DNA of 64,000 nt from Gammaproteobacteria bacterium (GTDB lineage: Bacteria > Pseudomonadota > Gammaproteobacteria > JAUZRS01): assembly GCA_030949385.1 (NCBI GenBank), contig JAUZSP010000003.1, positions 453,670 through 517,669 on the forward strand. Direction: 5' to 3'. Of the stretch, positions 51,726 to 61,233 are shown piece by piece. Both the position numbers and the translations under genes were made by a program. Numbering within the stretch: the first letter of the stretch is position 1; each line of letters starts with the position of its first letter. The notes below the pieces were generated by a model. That model worked only from the letters and a program-made list of their open reading frames with translations. It was not told the origin of the DNA and searched no databases.

Positions 51726-53930
51726 ATGCTGTTTGGACGGAGTAAAAAGAATCCGATTAAGATCGCCGATAAAGGCGTGGTGGAGTGGAAGTACGCCGCG
51801 TGCGGTTACTGTTCCACCGGCTGTTCCATCGAAGTGGGTCTTAATGCAGAAGGCAAACCGGTCTCCTCTCGTGGCGTGGCCGATGCCGACGTTAATCGGG
51901 GCAAACTGTGCCTGAAAGGCATTGTTGAACATGAGCTGTTTGATTCTGCCGGACGGGGTTTGATCCCAAAAATTCGTGATCAATGGCATCAGCCGTGGCA
52001 AGAGAGCAATTGGGATGCCGCTCTGGATAAGGTTCATGATGAAATTGTCCGCATTCAAGAGAAGTACGGTCGCGATTCTTTTGCGATTATCTCCACCGGT
52101 CAAATGCTAACGGAAGAGTTTTATACGCTGGGCAAATTAACCCGGGGTCTGATCGGCACCAACAACTACGACGGCAATACCACCTTGTGTATGGCTTCGG
52201 CGGTTTCCGGTTACAAACGTTCGTTTGGTTCCGATGGCCCGCCGGGCTGTTACGAAGATTTTGAGCACACCGATTGTCTGATCGCGTGGGGTTCCAATTT
52301 GCCTGAGCAGCATCCGATCATTTACTGGCGGATGAAAGAGGCACAGGAAGAACGTAAATTTCCGCTGATCGTGATTGACCCTCGGGTCACCATGTTGGCG
52401 CAAAACGCCGACATTCATCTGCCCGTCACTCCCGGTACGGATGTGGTGTTGCAGAACGCCTTTATGCACGTGATCCTTGATGAAGGGTTGGAAGATAAAG
52501 CCTACATCGAAGCCAATACCAACGGCATCGACGCGCTGCGAGAAGAGGTGGCCAAATACGATCCCACCACGGCAGCTAAGATCTGTGGCATTGACGAAGA
52601 CAGCATTCGTTTGGTGGCGCGTCTGTTTGCCAATGCCGGAGCGGCGATGCAGTTCTGGACGATGGGGATCAACCAATCCACTCACGGCTCCGATGGGGTG
52701 GTGGGGATCAACAACTTGGCCTTGTTGACCGGCAACATCGGAAAACCCGGTGGCACCAGCCTCTCCATTACAGGCCAGTGCAATGCGATGGGAACCCGCG
52801 AATGGTCGTCTTGTTCTGGTCTGCCCAATTATCGGGCGTTGGAAAACCCACAAGACCGTGAAGAGATTGCTCAATTTTGGAACATTGACCCTGAGTTTTT
52901 CCCGAAAAAACGCGGCATGTTCCAGACCGATATTTATCAGGCCATCGAAACGGGGCAGATCAAAGGCATCTGGTTGATTGCCACCAACCCCATGTCCTCG
53001 TTGCCCAACACCTCGCGGATTCGCAAAGCGATGGAGAAGTTGGAGTTCTGCGCGGTGCAGGATTGTTATGAGGACACCGAGAGCGCCCAATACGCTCACG
53101 TTTATCTGCCAGCGGGTACATGGGCGGAGAAAGAGGGGGTAATGACCAACACCGAACGACGGATTAATTTGGTGACCCCAATCAGTAAGGCACCGGGTGA
53201 AGCGCAGCCTGATTTGTGGATTTTCAACCGCATGGCGGAGCGTTTTAACTCTGATGGCAAAGTGACCTTCCCTGAAAAAGCGCCAGACATCTTTTTGGAG
53301 ATGGGCGGTTTATCCAAGGGGCGGTTGGCGGACATCTCCGGTTTGGATCACGAGCTGATCGAAAAACACCGTGGCATTCAGTGGCCTTACACCGAAGAGC
53401 AGCGGAAAAACGGTGAGGTACCGCCTAAAGGCGGCAAGCGTCTTTACACCGAGCCGACCACCTTCCGTTATCCCGATGGCAAAGCGAAACTAATCCCTCT
53501 GCCCTTTATTGATAACAACGAAGTGCCGGATGAGAAGTTTCCTATTTGGCTCAATACGGGGCGTTTGGTTGAGCATTGGCACGGTCGTACCAAGACCGGC
53601 AAGATTGGTGAAAACAACAAATACAGCCCGATCCCTTTTATCGAAATCAACTCCGATCTGGCGCATGAACTGGGTGTTTTGGAAGGGGAGTATCTGCGTT
53701 TGGTCTCGCGTCGTTCTGATGCCATCGTGATGGCCAAACCGACTCAGCGAGTGCCGAAAAACATGGTCTTTTTGCCTTTTCACTTCCATGACTGCGCTAA
53801 TCGCCTGACCTTGGGTCTGTTAGACCCTCATTCGCGTCAACCGGCTTACAAACAGTCGGCGGTGCGGATTGAAAAATTGGATGATCAGCAGGCAGCAGCT
53901 AAATTAAGCATGGAAATGCGTACGTTTTAA
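51726..53930 (+). CDS. nasA: Assimilatory nitrate reductase catalytic subunit (molybdopterin oxidoreductase, cytoplasmic, no Tat signal)
   Basis: N-terminal 4Fe-4S motif CGYCSTGCSIEV....C..KG, a molybdopterin-binding region and a C-terminal MGD-binding domain. No RR signal. Directly downstream of nirBD. Confidence 0.85.
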   Translation: MLFGRSKKNPIKIADKGVVEWKYAACGYCSTGCSIEVGLNAEGKPVSSRGVADADVNRGKLCLKGIVEHELFDSAGRGLIPKIRDQWHQPWQESNWDAALDKVHDEIVRIQEKYGRDSFAIISTGQMLTEEFYTLGKLTRGLIGTNNYDGNTTLCMASAVSGYKRSFGSDGPPGCYEDFEHTDCLIAWGSNLPEQHPIIYWRMKEAQEERKFPLIVIDPRVTMLAQNADIHLPVTPGTDVVLQNAFMHVILDEGLEDKAYIEANTNGIDALREEVAKYDPTTAAKICGIDEDSIRLVARLFANAGAAMQFWTMGINQSTHGSDGVVGINNLALLTGNIGKPGGTSLSITGQCNAMGTREWSSCSGLPNYRALENPQDREEIAQFWNIDPEFFPKKRGMFQTDIYQAIETGQIKGIWLIATNPMSSLPNTSRIRKAMEKLEFCAVQDCYEDTESAQYAHVYLPAGTWAEKEGVMTNTERRINLVTPISKAPGEAQPDLWIFNRMAERFNSDGKVTFPEKAPDIFLEMGGLSKGRLADISGLDHELIEKHRGIQWPYTEEQRKNGEVPPKGGKRLYTEPTTFRYPDGKAKLIPLPFIDNNEVPDEKFPIWLNTGRLVEHWHGRTKTGKIGENNKYSPIPFIEINSDLAHELGVLEGEYLRLVSRRSDAIVMAKPTQRVPKNMVFLPFHFHDCANRLTLGLLDPHSRQPAYKQSAVRIEKLDDQQAAAKLSMEMRTF

Positions 53931-53939
53931 GGGGTAAGT

Positions 53940-55688
53940 ATGTTTCAACGACGAGAAAATGAACCAGCGTACGCGCTGCTTAACGATCCAACCAGCCAAG
54001 AGAAGAACCGTTACGGTCTGCCCATTGATACGACCGCTGAGGGAGACTCACTTTACGGTCAGAGCCTAAATATTAATGGCGATGAGAGCGTAAGTGATAA
54101 CCCCAATCGCTACAAACAGCACGGCTTCTTCTTTAATGCCGATAACTGCATCGCCTGTCACGCTTGTGAATCGGCGTGCAGCGAGAAAAACGACAATCCC
54201 GCTCACATCTCTTTCCGTTCGGTGGGGTTTGTGGAGGGGGGAACCTATCCTGCTTACCAGCGGATGAACATTTCAATGGCCTGCAACCATTGTGATGATC
54301 CGGTCTGTTTGAAGGGCTGTCCAACGCGGGCGTACACCAAATTTGCCGAATACGGTGCGGTGTTGCAAGACCCCGACATCTGTTTCGGTTGTGGTTATTG
54401 TACTTGGGTTTGCCCGTACAACGCGCCGCAGCTTGATCCGGTTAAGGGCGAGGTGAGCAAATGCAACATGTGTGTGGATCGCCTCGAAGTAGGCTTGAAA
54501 CCCGCGTGTGTCTCAGCTTGTTTGGGTAAGGCGCTGGACTTTGGCGTGATCGAAAACATCCCTGAAGGGCGTGAGCAGGCTAAGGTTTCCATTCCTGGTT
54601 TTCCTGATCCTGAGATTACTCATCCAAACATCCGTTTTGAGCAAAAAGCCACGCCACCGCGTGACATGACACGGGTGGACAGTACCGCGTTGAAATACCA
54701 TCAAGACGATAAGCAGGGTATTTTTAAACCGGAGCTGGATCCGAAACACGGTTTCAAGCGTTCTTGGAATTTGAAGCGTCTGTTGGGTTCCCATGAAAAT
54801 GCTCACATTGCTTTTACCCTCAGTGTGCAGGCGGTGATGGGCGCGTTTGTTTTGTTGGCGTTGGCGGGCTCGTTGGGCTTGGCTGCGATTGTGGATTTCA
54901 AAGAGAGTTCGGCCTTTTTACCGGCGTTGTTGGTTTTGGTGGCCTTGATGGGCGTTGGTTTGTTCAAGCTCACCCTGCATCTGGGCAAACCCCACTATTT
55001 TTATCGCGGTTTTTACAACCTCAAGCATTCGCCGGTCAGTCGTGAGATTGCCGGTGTGTCGGCCTTTTTTGCTGGTTTGGCGGGTTACACGTTGTTTAAC
55101 TTTTTTGATTCACCACTGGCTCTGTTGGCACAAAAAGGCTCGGCTCTGTTGGCGCTGTTGGGTGTGGCGTTGGGAGGGTACTTTATGTACAAGCTCTACC
55201 GCATCAAAGCGCGTCCGTTTTGGGATCATTGGCAGACGGCAGCGACCTTTACCGGTACCGGTTTGGTTTTGGGGGCGTTGCTGTTGATGCTGGTGGCGCT
55301 GTTACGAGGCAGTTTAACCTCTGAGTTAGCAACGCTGCTCTCTTTGAGCGTTGCGCTGGGTTTGGCCTTGGAAGGGGTTGGTTTGTTTGCTCATGGTCGT
55401 GATTTGAAAGCGGCGCACAGTGAGGGGGCGGCTTCGTTCTATGAGCAAGTGACCACCTACGGTTATCCTTATTGGCTTAGAAATGGTTTGTTGGCCGCTT
55501 CCGTTGTGCTGGCGTTGTCGATGGCTTTTGGGGAGTTGAGTAATGTGTGGACGCTGTCTGCTTTGACCTTGATGACCGTGAGCAGTGCGATTATTGGCCG
55601 TGCTTTGTTTTATGTGCTGGTGATTCCGACCACCATGCCAGGTGCTTTTTTCTGGAAAAAACCAGGGGTTTGTGGAACACGCTCGTGA
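53940..55688 (+). CDS. Fusion protein: N-terminal four-cluster [4Fe-4S] ferredoxin domain (DmsB/PsrB/NrfC-like) plus C-terminal polytopic membrane-anchor domain (NrfD/PsrC/DmsC-like)
   Basis: Four Cys clusters (CIACHACESAC, CNHCDDPVCLKGCP, CFGCGYCTWVCP, CNMCVDRLEVGLKPACVSAC) are followed by ~8 predicted TM helices. There is no Tat motif. It sits 10 nt after nasA. Confidence 0.75.
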   Translation: MFQRRENEPAYALLNDPTSQEKNRYGLPIDTTAEGDSLYGQSLNINGDESVSDNPNRYKQHGFFFNADNCIACHACESACSEKNDNPAHISFRSVGFVEGGTYPAYQRMNISMACNHCDDPVCLKGCPTRAYTKFAEYGAVLQDPDICFGCGYCTWVCPYNAPQLDPVKGEVSKCNMCVDRLEVGLKPACVSACLGKALDFGVIENIPEGREQAKVSIPGFPDPEITHPNIRFEQKATPPRDMTRVDSTALKYHQDDKQGIFKPELDPKHGFKRSWNLKRLLGSHENAHIAFTLSVQAVMGAFVLLALAGSLGLAAIVDFKESSAFLPALLVLVALMGVGLFKLTLHLGKPHYFYRGFYNLKHSPVSREIAGVSAFFAGLAGYTLFNFFDSPLALLAQKGSALLALLGVALGGYFMYKLYRIKARPFWDHWQTAATFTGTGLVLGALLLMLVALLRGSLTSELATLLSLSVALGLALEGVGLFAHGRDLKAAHSEGAASFYEQVTTYGYPYWLRNGLLAASVVLALSMAFGELSNVWTLSALTLMTVSSAIIGRALFYVLVIPTTMPGAFFWKKPGVCGTRS

Positions 55689-55947
55689 CGTGGGTTTGGC
55701 GGATATGCCGCAAGTGGGTGTGGTTTATGAGCGTCATCACGCCTTCAAGCTGGCTGAGTTGTTACAGACCATTCGCACCACTTCGGTAAAAGAGAAATGG
55801 GCGCAATTGAAACGAGTGGTCACGGGTTAAACGTCTGCCGCCTCTGGTCTGAAGCGGAGCTAAGCTCCTCTTCAGTTTCTTGTGATAAAAAGTAATTTGA
55901 TGCATCATATGCCTGATGTAATTCGTTTATTTAGGAGCAAATCGAGA

Positions 55948-56409
55948 ATGTTGATTAAAGACATTATGTCTACTGCGGTCAGAACCGTTACCCCTGAAAC
56001 CCCGATGATGGAGGTGGCTTCGATTATGTGTCTTTATCGTATCAGTGGCCTGCCGGTGGTGACAGACGATGATAAAATGGTGGGTTTTATCGCGGAGCGA
56101 GACGTATTACACCATCTTTTTCCGAGCTTGGCGGACATCATGGACGGTATGGCGACGATTGATTTTGAAACTTTGTCGGATAATTACGGCGATATTGCTT
56201 CACTGAAAACATCGGATTTAATGAGTGATGAGGTGCTGTTTGTTGATCCTGAACTGCCCATTTTACGGGCGGCTTCTAAAATGGTGCAGCAACGGCTGCG
56301 GCGTATCCCCGTGGCAGTAGAAGAAAAGGGTGGTATGCGTCTGTTGGGGGTGGTCAGTTTGGGCGACATTCATAAAGCCATGTTTCATCGCTACGTCTCT
56401 AAAAGCTAG
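55948..56409 (+). CDS. CBS-domain pair protein
   Basis: RBS aggag. MLIKDIMSTAVRTVTPETPMMEVASIM and GLPVVTDDDKMVGFIAERDVL ... RLRRIPVAVEEKGGMRLLGVVSLGDI form two CBS motifs. Confidence 0.7.
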   Translation: MLIKDIMSTAVRTVTPETPMMEVASIMCLYRISGLPVVTDDDKMVGFIAERDVLHHLFPSLADIMDGMATIDFETLSDNYGDIASLKTSDLMSDEVLFVDPELPILRAASKMVQQRLRRIPVAVEEKGGMRLLGVVSLGDIHKAMFHRYVSKS

Positions 56410-56418
56410 AGGCTGTTA

Positions 56419-58110
56419 TCACGATCTGGACGGTGTGGTTTGAAAGTGACTGACCACCCGTTCCATTTGCAGCGCTAAGCTGCGCAGAGTCTCGCTGGAC
56501 TGTGCCGTCTGTTTGGCATCTTCGGCGGTCGCATGAGAACTGCTGCGGATATTGCTGATGCTGTGACTCACCTCCTGAGCCATTTTCCCCTGACGAGTGG
56601 CCGCTGCGGCAATTTGGCTGATCATACTGCTGATGGTTTTGACCGCTGTGGTAATTCTGTGCAGTCGTTCTCCAGCGGAACGCGCCTTTTTCACACTCTC
56701 TTCGGCTCGATTGCGCCCTTGTTCCATCGCCTGTACCGCGTTGCGCGCATTGAACTGTAATTGCTCGATCATCTGTTGAATCTCTTGAGTGGACTCTTGG
56801 GTGCGTTGAGCCAAAACGCGCACTTCATCGGCCACCACCGCAAAGCCACGCCCGTGTTCACCTGCGCGCGCCGCTTCAATGGCGGCATTCAGAGCCAATA
56901 AATTGGTCTGGTCGGCGATGCCCCGAATCACGTCTAAAATACCGCCAATATTATTGCTCTCTTTATCCAGTTTATTAATCACTTGCGAAGAGGCTTCTAC
57001 ATCATCGGCCAAGGCGTTGATGGCCTCAATGGTCATATTGACCACCTGTTTGCCGTTGCTGGCCTCTTCCTTGGCGTGTTGTGCCGATTTTTCTGCTGAG
57101 GAGGCATTTTGAGAAATTTCAAGTACCACGCCACTCATCATTTGAATGGAGTGTGCCATATGTTCGATGTCGTTCTGTTGCAGTTGCATGTGATTGCGGG
57201 TGTGAAGGGTACTGCTGGAGAGTTCATCGGCAGCGTTGACGACATGGTCTGATGCACAAGAGATCTGTTTGATCACCGTTTTTAGGCTGTGACTGGTCTC
57301 TTCAACGCTGCGGGCGAGTTGGCCCACTTCATCGTCGCGCTGGATGTTCAATTTATCGCTGGTAAGATGGCCTTGAGCGAGCATTTTAAGCCGTTTAAGA
57401 ATGATCGGAAACGCGCCAAAAGCGCGTAAAATAACCACAATGATCAAAATCATGCTGGTGGCGAGCAGCACAAAGCTGGCGGCTACTGCAACGTGTAGAT
57501 GGCGTAGTTCAGACTCTTGCTCTTCGGCGGTTTGTTGGGTGCGTGTGGTGACTTCTTTGAGCAGCAGATCAACCTGCTCGCTGAGGGTTTCGGCAACACG
57601 ATCAAACTCACTCATAATCAAATTGCCCGCCTCGGGGCCGCCGTTGATGTAGGCGTGTGCCATATTTCTTCCGGTTTGATAATAAGCATCAAAACTCTGT
57701 TCCATCTGCTCAAGCTCGTCGCTGTGATGTGGGTAAAGCTGCTGGAGTTGTTGGGCTTGTTTATGAAATGCCTCAGCACTTTGCGCTGCGATTTTGAAAC
57801 CGTCGTTAAGGCCGTCCCGAGCGCGAGTGGCACTGATGTCGGTCAACCACTGCTGGACTTGGATCACATTCAGCTTAATCAGGTGGGCGTGATTGAGAGC
57901 GGGAATGTCCAGATGGGCGGTGCGCCAACTGAGCTGGCTAATAGACGAAGTGGTGATAAAAAGAAAGCCCATCGCCGAGCAGAGCACGATGCTAAACAGG
58001 CCACCGAGCAGCCAAAATTGTTGCGCTAAATTAAGTTTTTTCATGATGATGCGGGCACGTTTGTAATATGAACGAAATGGTTGCCCTAGCTGTCGGCCAT
58101 TTTTCTGCAA
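56419..58110 (-). CDS. Methyl-accepting chemotaxis protein (periplasmic helical sensor, HAMP, MA domain); start possibly at 58044
   Basis: TM1, a ~180-aa sensor region, TM2, a HAMP domain, and the highly conserved MCP signalling region ([40 protein letters not shown]). Confidence 0.85.
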   Translation of the reverse strand: MQKNGRQLGQPFRSYYKRARIIMKKLNLAQQFWLLGGLFSIVLCSAMGFLFITTSSISQLSWRTAHLDIPALNHAHLIKLNVIQVQQWLTDISATRARDGLNDGFKIAAQSAEAFHKQAQQLQQLYPHHSDELEQMEQSFDAYYQTGRNMAHAYINGGPEAGNLIMSEFDRVAETLSEQVDLLLKEVTTRTQQTAEEQESELRHLHVAVAASFVLLATSMILIIVVILRAFGAFPIILKRLKMLAQGHLTSDKLNIQRDDEVGQLARSVEETSHSLKTVIKQISCASDHVVNAADELSSSTLHTRNHMQLQQNDIEHMAHSIQMMSGVVLEISQNASSAEKSAQHAKEEASNGKQVVNMTIEAINALADDVEASSQVINKLDKESNNIGGILDVIRGIADQTNLLALNAAIEAARAGEHGRGFAVVADEVRVLAQRTQESTQEIQQMIEQLQFNARNAVQAMEQGRNRAEESVKKARSAGERLHRITTAVKTISSMISQIAAAATRQGKMAQEVSHSISNIRSSSHATAEDAKQTAQSSETLRSLALQMERVVSHFQTTPSRS

Positions 58111-58155
58111 GAGTGAGCTTCGATTATTGGTTATACTGCGCCGACTTAATTTAGG

Positions 58156-58917
58156 CTAACGTTCGCTGAGCATTCGGCCACCGTCCACAGCAATGATCTG
58201 TCCGGTGATGTAGCCGCCATCGCGCACCAAAAAGAGCACGGTGTTGGCAATGTCTTCAGCACCGCCTTGACGTTTGAGCGCACTTTGTTCGGTGATCTGT
58301 TGTTGCACGGCGTTACTGACTTCCGCTTCCCCTTCAGGCCAGAGAATGGAACCTGGCGCGATGCCATTGACGCGGATCTCGGGGCCGAGCTCTTTGGCCA
58401 GCGATTGGGTCAACATGGCCAAGCCCGCTTTGGCAGCGCAGTAAAGGGGATGGCCTTTGAGCGGGCGCAGGCCGTGAATATCAACGATGTTGATGATGTT
58501 GCCGCCCTGTTTTTGCAGCGCGGGGGTGGCGGCTTGGGAGAGAAACAGCGGCGCTTTGAGGTTGCTGCCCATCAGGTCATCCCAGTGTGCCTCGGTGATC
58601 TGGCCGACTTCGGTGGGGTAGAAACTGGAGGCGTTGTTCACCAGCAGGTCGAGCCGTCCCCACTTCTGAGTGGCTTCTTTGACCAATTTGGGCAGCGTCT
58701 CGGTTTGCAGCAGATCGGCTTGTAAGAGTAAAACCGAATTGGGGCGCTGGGCTTCCAGTGCCAGTTGCAGTTGTTCTGCGTCTTTGACCGAACTGCGGTA
58801 GTGAATGACGACGTTCATGCCCGCGTGGTGCAGGGTATGGGCAATTGCTGCGCCGATGCGGCGTGCGGCTCCGCTGATGAGCGCCACTTGGCCGTTGAGT
58901 GAGGTGCTGTGTGTCAT
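58156..58917 (-). CDS. Short-chain dehydrogenase/reductase (pteridine-reductase-like)
   Basis: Rossmann motif ALISGAARRIG, YxxxK catalytic motif (YCAAK), NNAS. Confidence 0.8.
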   Translation of the reverse strand: MTHSTSLNGQVALISGAARRIGAAIAHTLHHAGMNVVIHYRSSVKDAEQLQLALEAQRPNSVLLLQADLLQTETLPKLVKEATQKWGRLDLLVNNASSFYPTEVGQITEAHWDDLMGSNLKAPLFLSQAATPALQKQGGNIINIVDIHGLRPLKGHPLYCAAKAGLAMLTQSLAKELGPEIRVNGIAPGSILWPEGEAEVSNAVQQQITEQSALKRQGGAEDIANTVLFLVRDGGYITGQIIAVDGGRMLSER

Positions 58918-59064
58918 GGTTTTTCTCCGATTGTTGCGGCGATTATCTCACAATAATCTGAGTTGTGAGGCTGCGCTGAGAGCGGAGCGGATCAGCGGTT
59001 TGAATTCTTAAGTTATCTTTAATTCTTGCCTGTCAGGCTGAGGGTGCGTTAACGGAGATCGGTT

Positions 59065-60237
59065 GTGGATAGTGAATTACCCGAATTGTTGGCAGCGGAA
59101 CAGGAGCGCAGCGATGCGTTGCAAACGCGATTAAAAGAAAACATAACCGCGCAGTCGTTTTTGCCTTTTTCTGATGTGATGCAGAGTCTTTTGTACGAGC
59201 CAGAGCTGGGGTACTACGTTGCCGGAGCGGAGAAGTTTGGCGCGCAGGGGGATTTTGTCACCGCACCGGAACTGTCACCGCTGTTTGCGCGTGCTTTGGC
59301 ACGCCAGTGTCAGCCGGTGTTGCAGGAGTTGGGTGCGGCTGAAATTCTGGAGCTGGGTGCGGGCAGCGGTAAGATGGCGGCGGATCTGCTGCTGGAGCTG
59401 GAACGGCTCGACTGTTTGCCGCTGCGCTACGCTATTTTGGAGCTGAGTGCCGAATTGCAGCAGCGCCAGCGTGAGACGCTGTTGCAAAAAGCGCCGCATC
59501 TGTTGGATAGGGTGGTGTGGTTGCAGCGTTGGTCGAATGGGTTTGTTGGTCTGGTGTTGGCCAATGAGGTGTTGGATGCGATGCCGGTGGAGCGGTTTAA
59601 GATCGTTGATGCAGAGATTAAGCAGCTCGGTCTGGTGCTGGAGGCGGGGGCATTAAAAGAAGCCTATCGCCCAGCGCCGATTGGATTAAAAGAGGCGGTT
59701 GAAGGGCTGCAACAGGAGTTAGAAGCACCCTTGGCGGAGGGCTTTTGCTCCGAGGTGAATCTCCAGCTTGAAGGCTGGTTTGCCGCGTTGTCAGAGTCGC
59801 TGCAAAAAGGCGCGCTGTTGTTGATCGACTACGGTTACGCACGGCGCGAGTTTTATCAGCCGGAGCGTTCGGCGGGGACGCTGAGCTGTTTTTACCGTCA
59901 TCGCGTACACGATGACCCGTACCAGCGTTTTGGGGTGCAGGACGTGACCGCTTCCGTTGAGTTTACCGCTGTGGTTGAGGCGGCTTCTAAGGCCGGTTTT
60001 GAGCTGGAAGGGTATGTCACGCAAGCCAATTTCCTCTTCAATAACGATCTTGATCAACTGGTTGCAACGGCGGCAGAGGGTTTGGATAAGGTGGCTCTGT
60101 TGAAATTGAGCCAAGCGGTAAAAACCTTAACTCTGCCCAGCGAGATGGGGGAGCGGTTTAAAGTGATGGGGCTGTCGAAGGGATTAACGCAGCATCTACA
60201 GGGGTTTAGCCACAACGACATCAGTCGTCGTTTGTGA
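59065..60237 (+). CDS. Class I SAM-dependent methyltransferase, MidA/COG1565 (DUF185) family
   Basis: GDFVTAPELSPLFARALA, the ILELGAGSG SAM motif, and ~390 aa are typical of the MidA family. Confidence 0.75.
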   Translation: MDSELPELLAAEQERSDALQTRLKENITAQSFLPFSDVMQSLLYEPELGYYVAGAEKFGAQGDFVTAPELSPLFARALARQCQPVLQELGAAEILELGAGSGKMAADLLLELERLDCLPLRYAILELSAELQQRQRETLLQKAPHLLDRVVWLQRWSNGFVGLVLANEVLDAMPVERFKIVDAEIKQLGLVLEAGALKEAYRPAPIGLKEAVEGLQQELEAPLAEGFCSEVNLQLEGWFAALSESLQKGALLLIDYGYARREFYQPERSAGTLSCFYRHRVHDDPYQRFGVQDVTASVEFTAVVEAASKAGFELEGYVTQANFLFNNDLDQLVATAAEGLDKVALLKLSQAVKTLTLPSEMGERFKVMGLSKGLTQHLQGFSHNDISRRL

Positions 60238-60288
60238 TTTTTTAGCGATTTTTTTTAATGCAATAGACAACCAGAGGAACAATAGCCA

Positions 60289-61086
60289 ATGGATTTGCTA
60301 CAGATTGTGACCCTCGCATTAATGCAGGGATTAACCGAATTTTTACCCGTTTCCAGTTCAGCGCACCTGATTTTGACTCCGGTCTTTTTCGGCTGGGAAG
60401 ATCAAGGGCTGGCCTTTGATGTGGCGGTGCATGTGGGCACTTTGCTGGCGGTGGTGTTTTATTTTCGTACCGAGTTGAAACTGATGAGCCGCGATTGGCT
60501 TGGTTCGGTCACGGGAAAAGGCGCAACGCCCGATTCTCAGCTGGCGTGGGCGGTGCTGTTGGGGACGATTCCTGTGGGGATTATCGGGCTGCTCTGCAAG
60601 GATTTTATCGAAGGCAGTTTGCGTTCACCGCTGGTGATTGCGGTGGCAATGATCTTTTTTGGTGCCTTGCTTTGGTGGGCCGATTCGGTGGCGAAACAGA
60701 AGCGCGATGAGTATGAATTGAACTGGAAAGACGTGCTGTTTATTGGTCTGTCGCAGGCGATGGCGCTGATTCCAGGGACTTCCCGCTCTGGTGCCACCAT
60801 GACCGCTGCGCTGTTAATGGGTTTAACTCGTGAAGCGGCGGCGAGGTTCTCCTTTTTACTCTCTATTCCGGTGATTTTGCTTGCTGGTGGTCTGAAAACC
60901 TTGGATTTAATCGAGTCCAATATCAGTGTGGATTGGTTTGCTTTGGGGTTGGGAATTGTGCTGTCGGCCTTGAGCGCCTATCTTTGTATCCATCTGTTTC
61001 TAAAGTGGATTCAACGCATGGGGCTGTTTCCTTTTGTGCTTTATCGCTTTGTTTTAGGCGCGATCCTATTGTTGGTTTTTTGGTAG
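60289..61086 (+). CDS. uppP: Undecaprenyl-diphosphate phosphatase
   Basis: 265 aa, 8 TM, with the BacA motifs GLTEFLPVSSSAHL and PGTSRSGATM. Confidence 0.9.
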   Translation: MDLLQIVTLALMQGLTEFLPVSSSAHLILTPVFFGWEDQGLAFDVAVHVGTLLAVVFYFRTELKLMSRDWLGSVTGKGATPDSQLAWAVLLGTIPVGIIGLLCKDFIEGSLRSPLVIAVAMIFFGALLWWADSVAKQKRDEYELNWKDVLFIGLSQAMALIPGTSRSGATMTAALLMGLTREAAARFSFLLSIPVILLAGGLKTLDLIESNISVDWFALGLGIVLSALSAYLCIHLFLKWIQRMGLFPFVLYRFVLGAILLLVFW

Positions 61087-61233
61087 TCTTTGAGCCTAAT
61101 TGAATTAGCCTGTCCTATTTTTGTCATACTTGCCTACTAATCTCTAGTTAAAGGGGTGACTGTTTTTGATGTAATGAAAAGCATCATGGTGCTGTTTTCC
61201 CCTCTCATGGAGCCATTTTTTCAGGAGAAGAGG

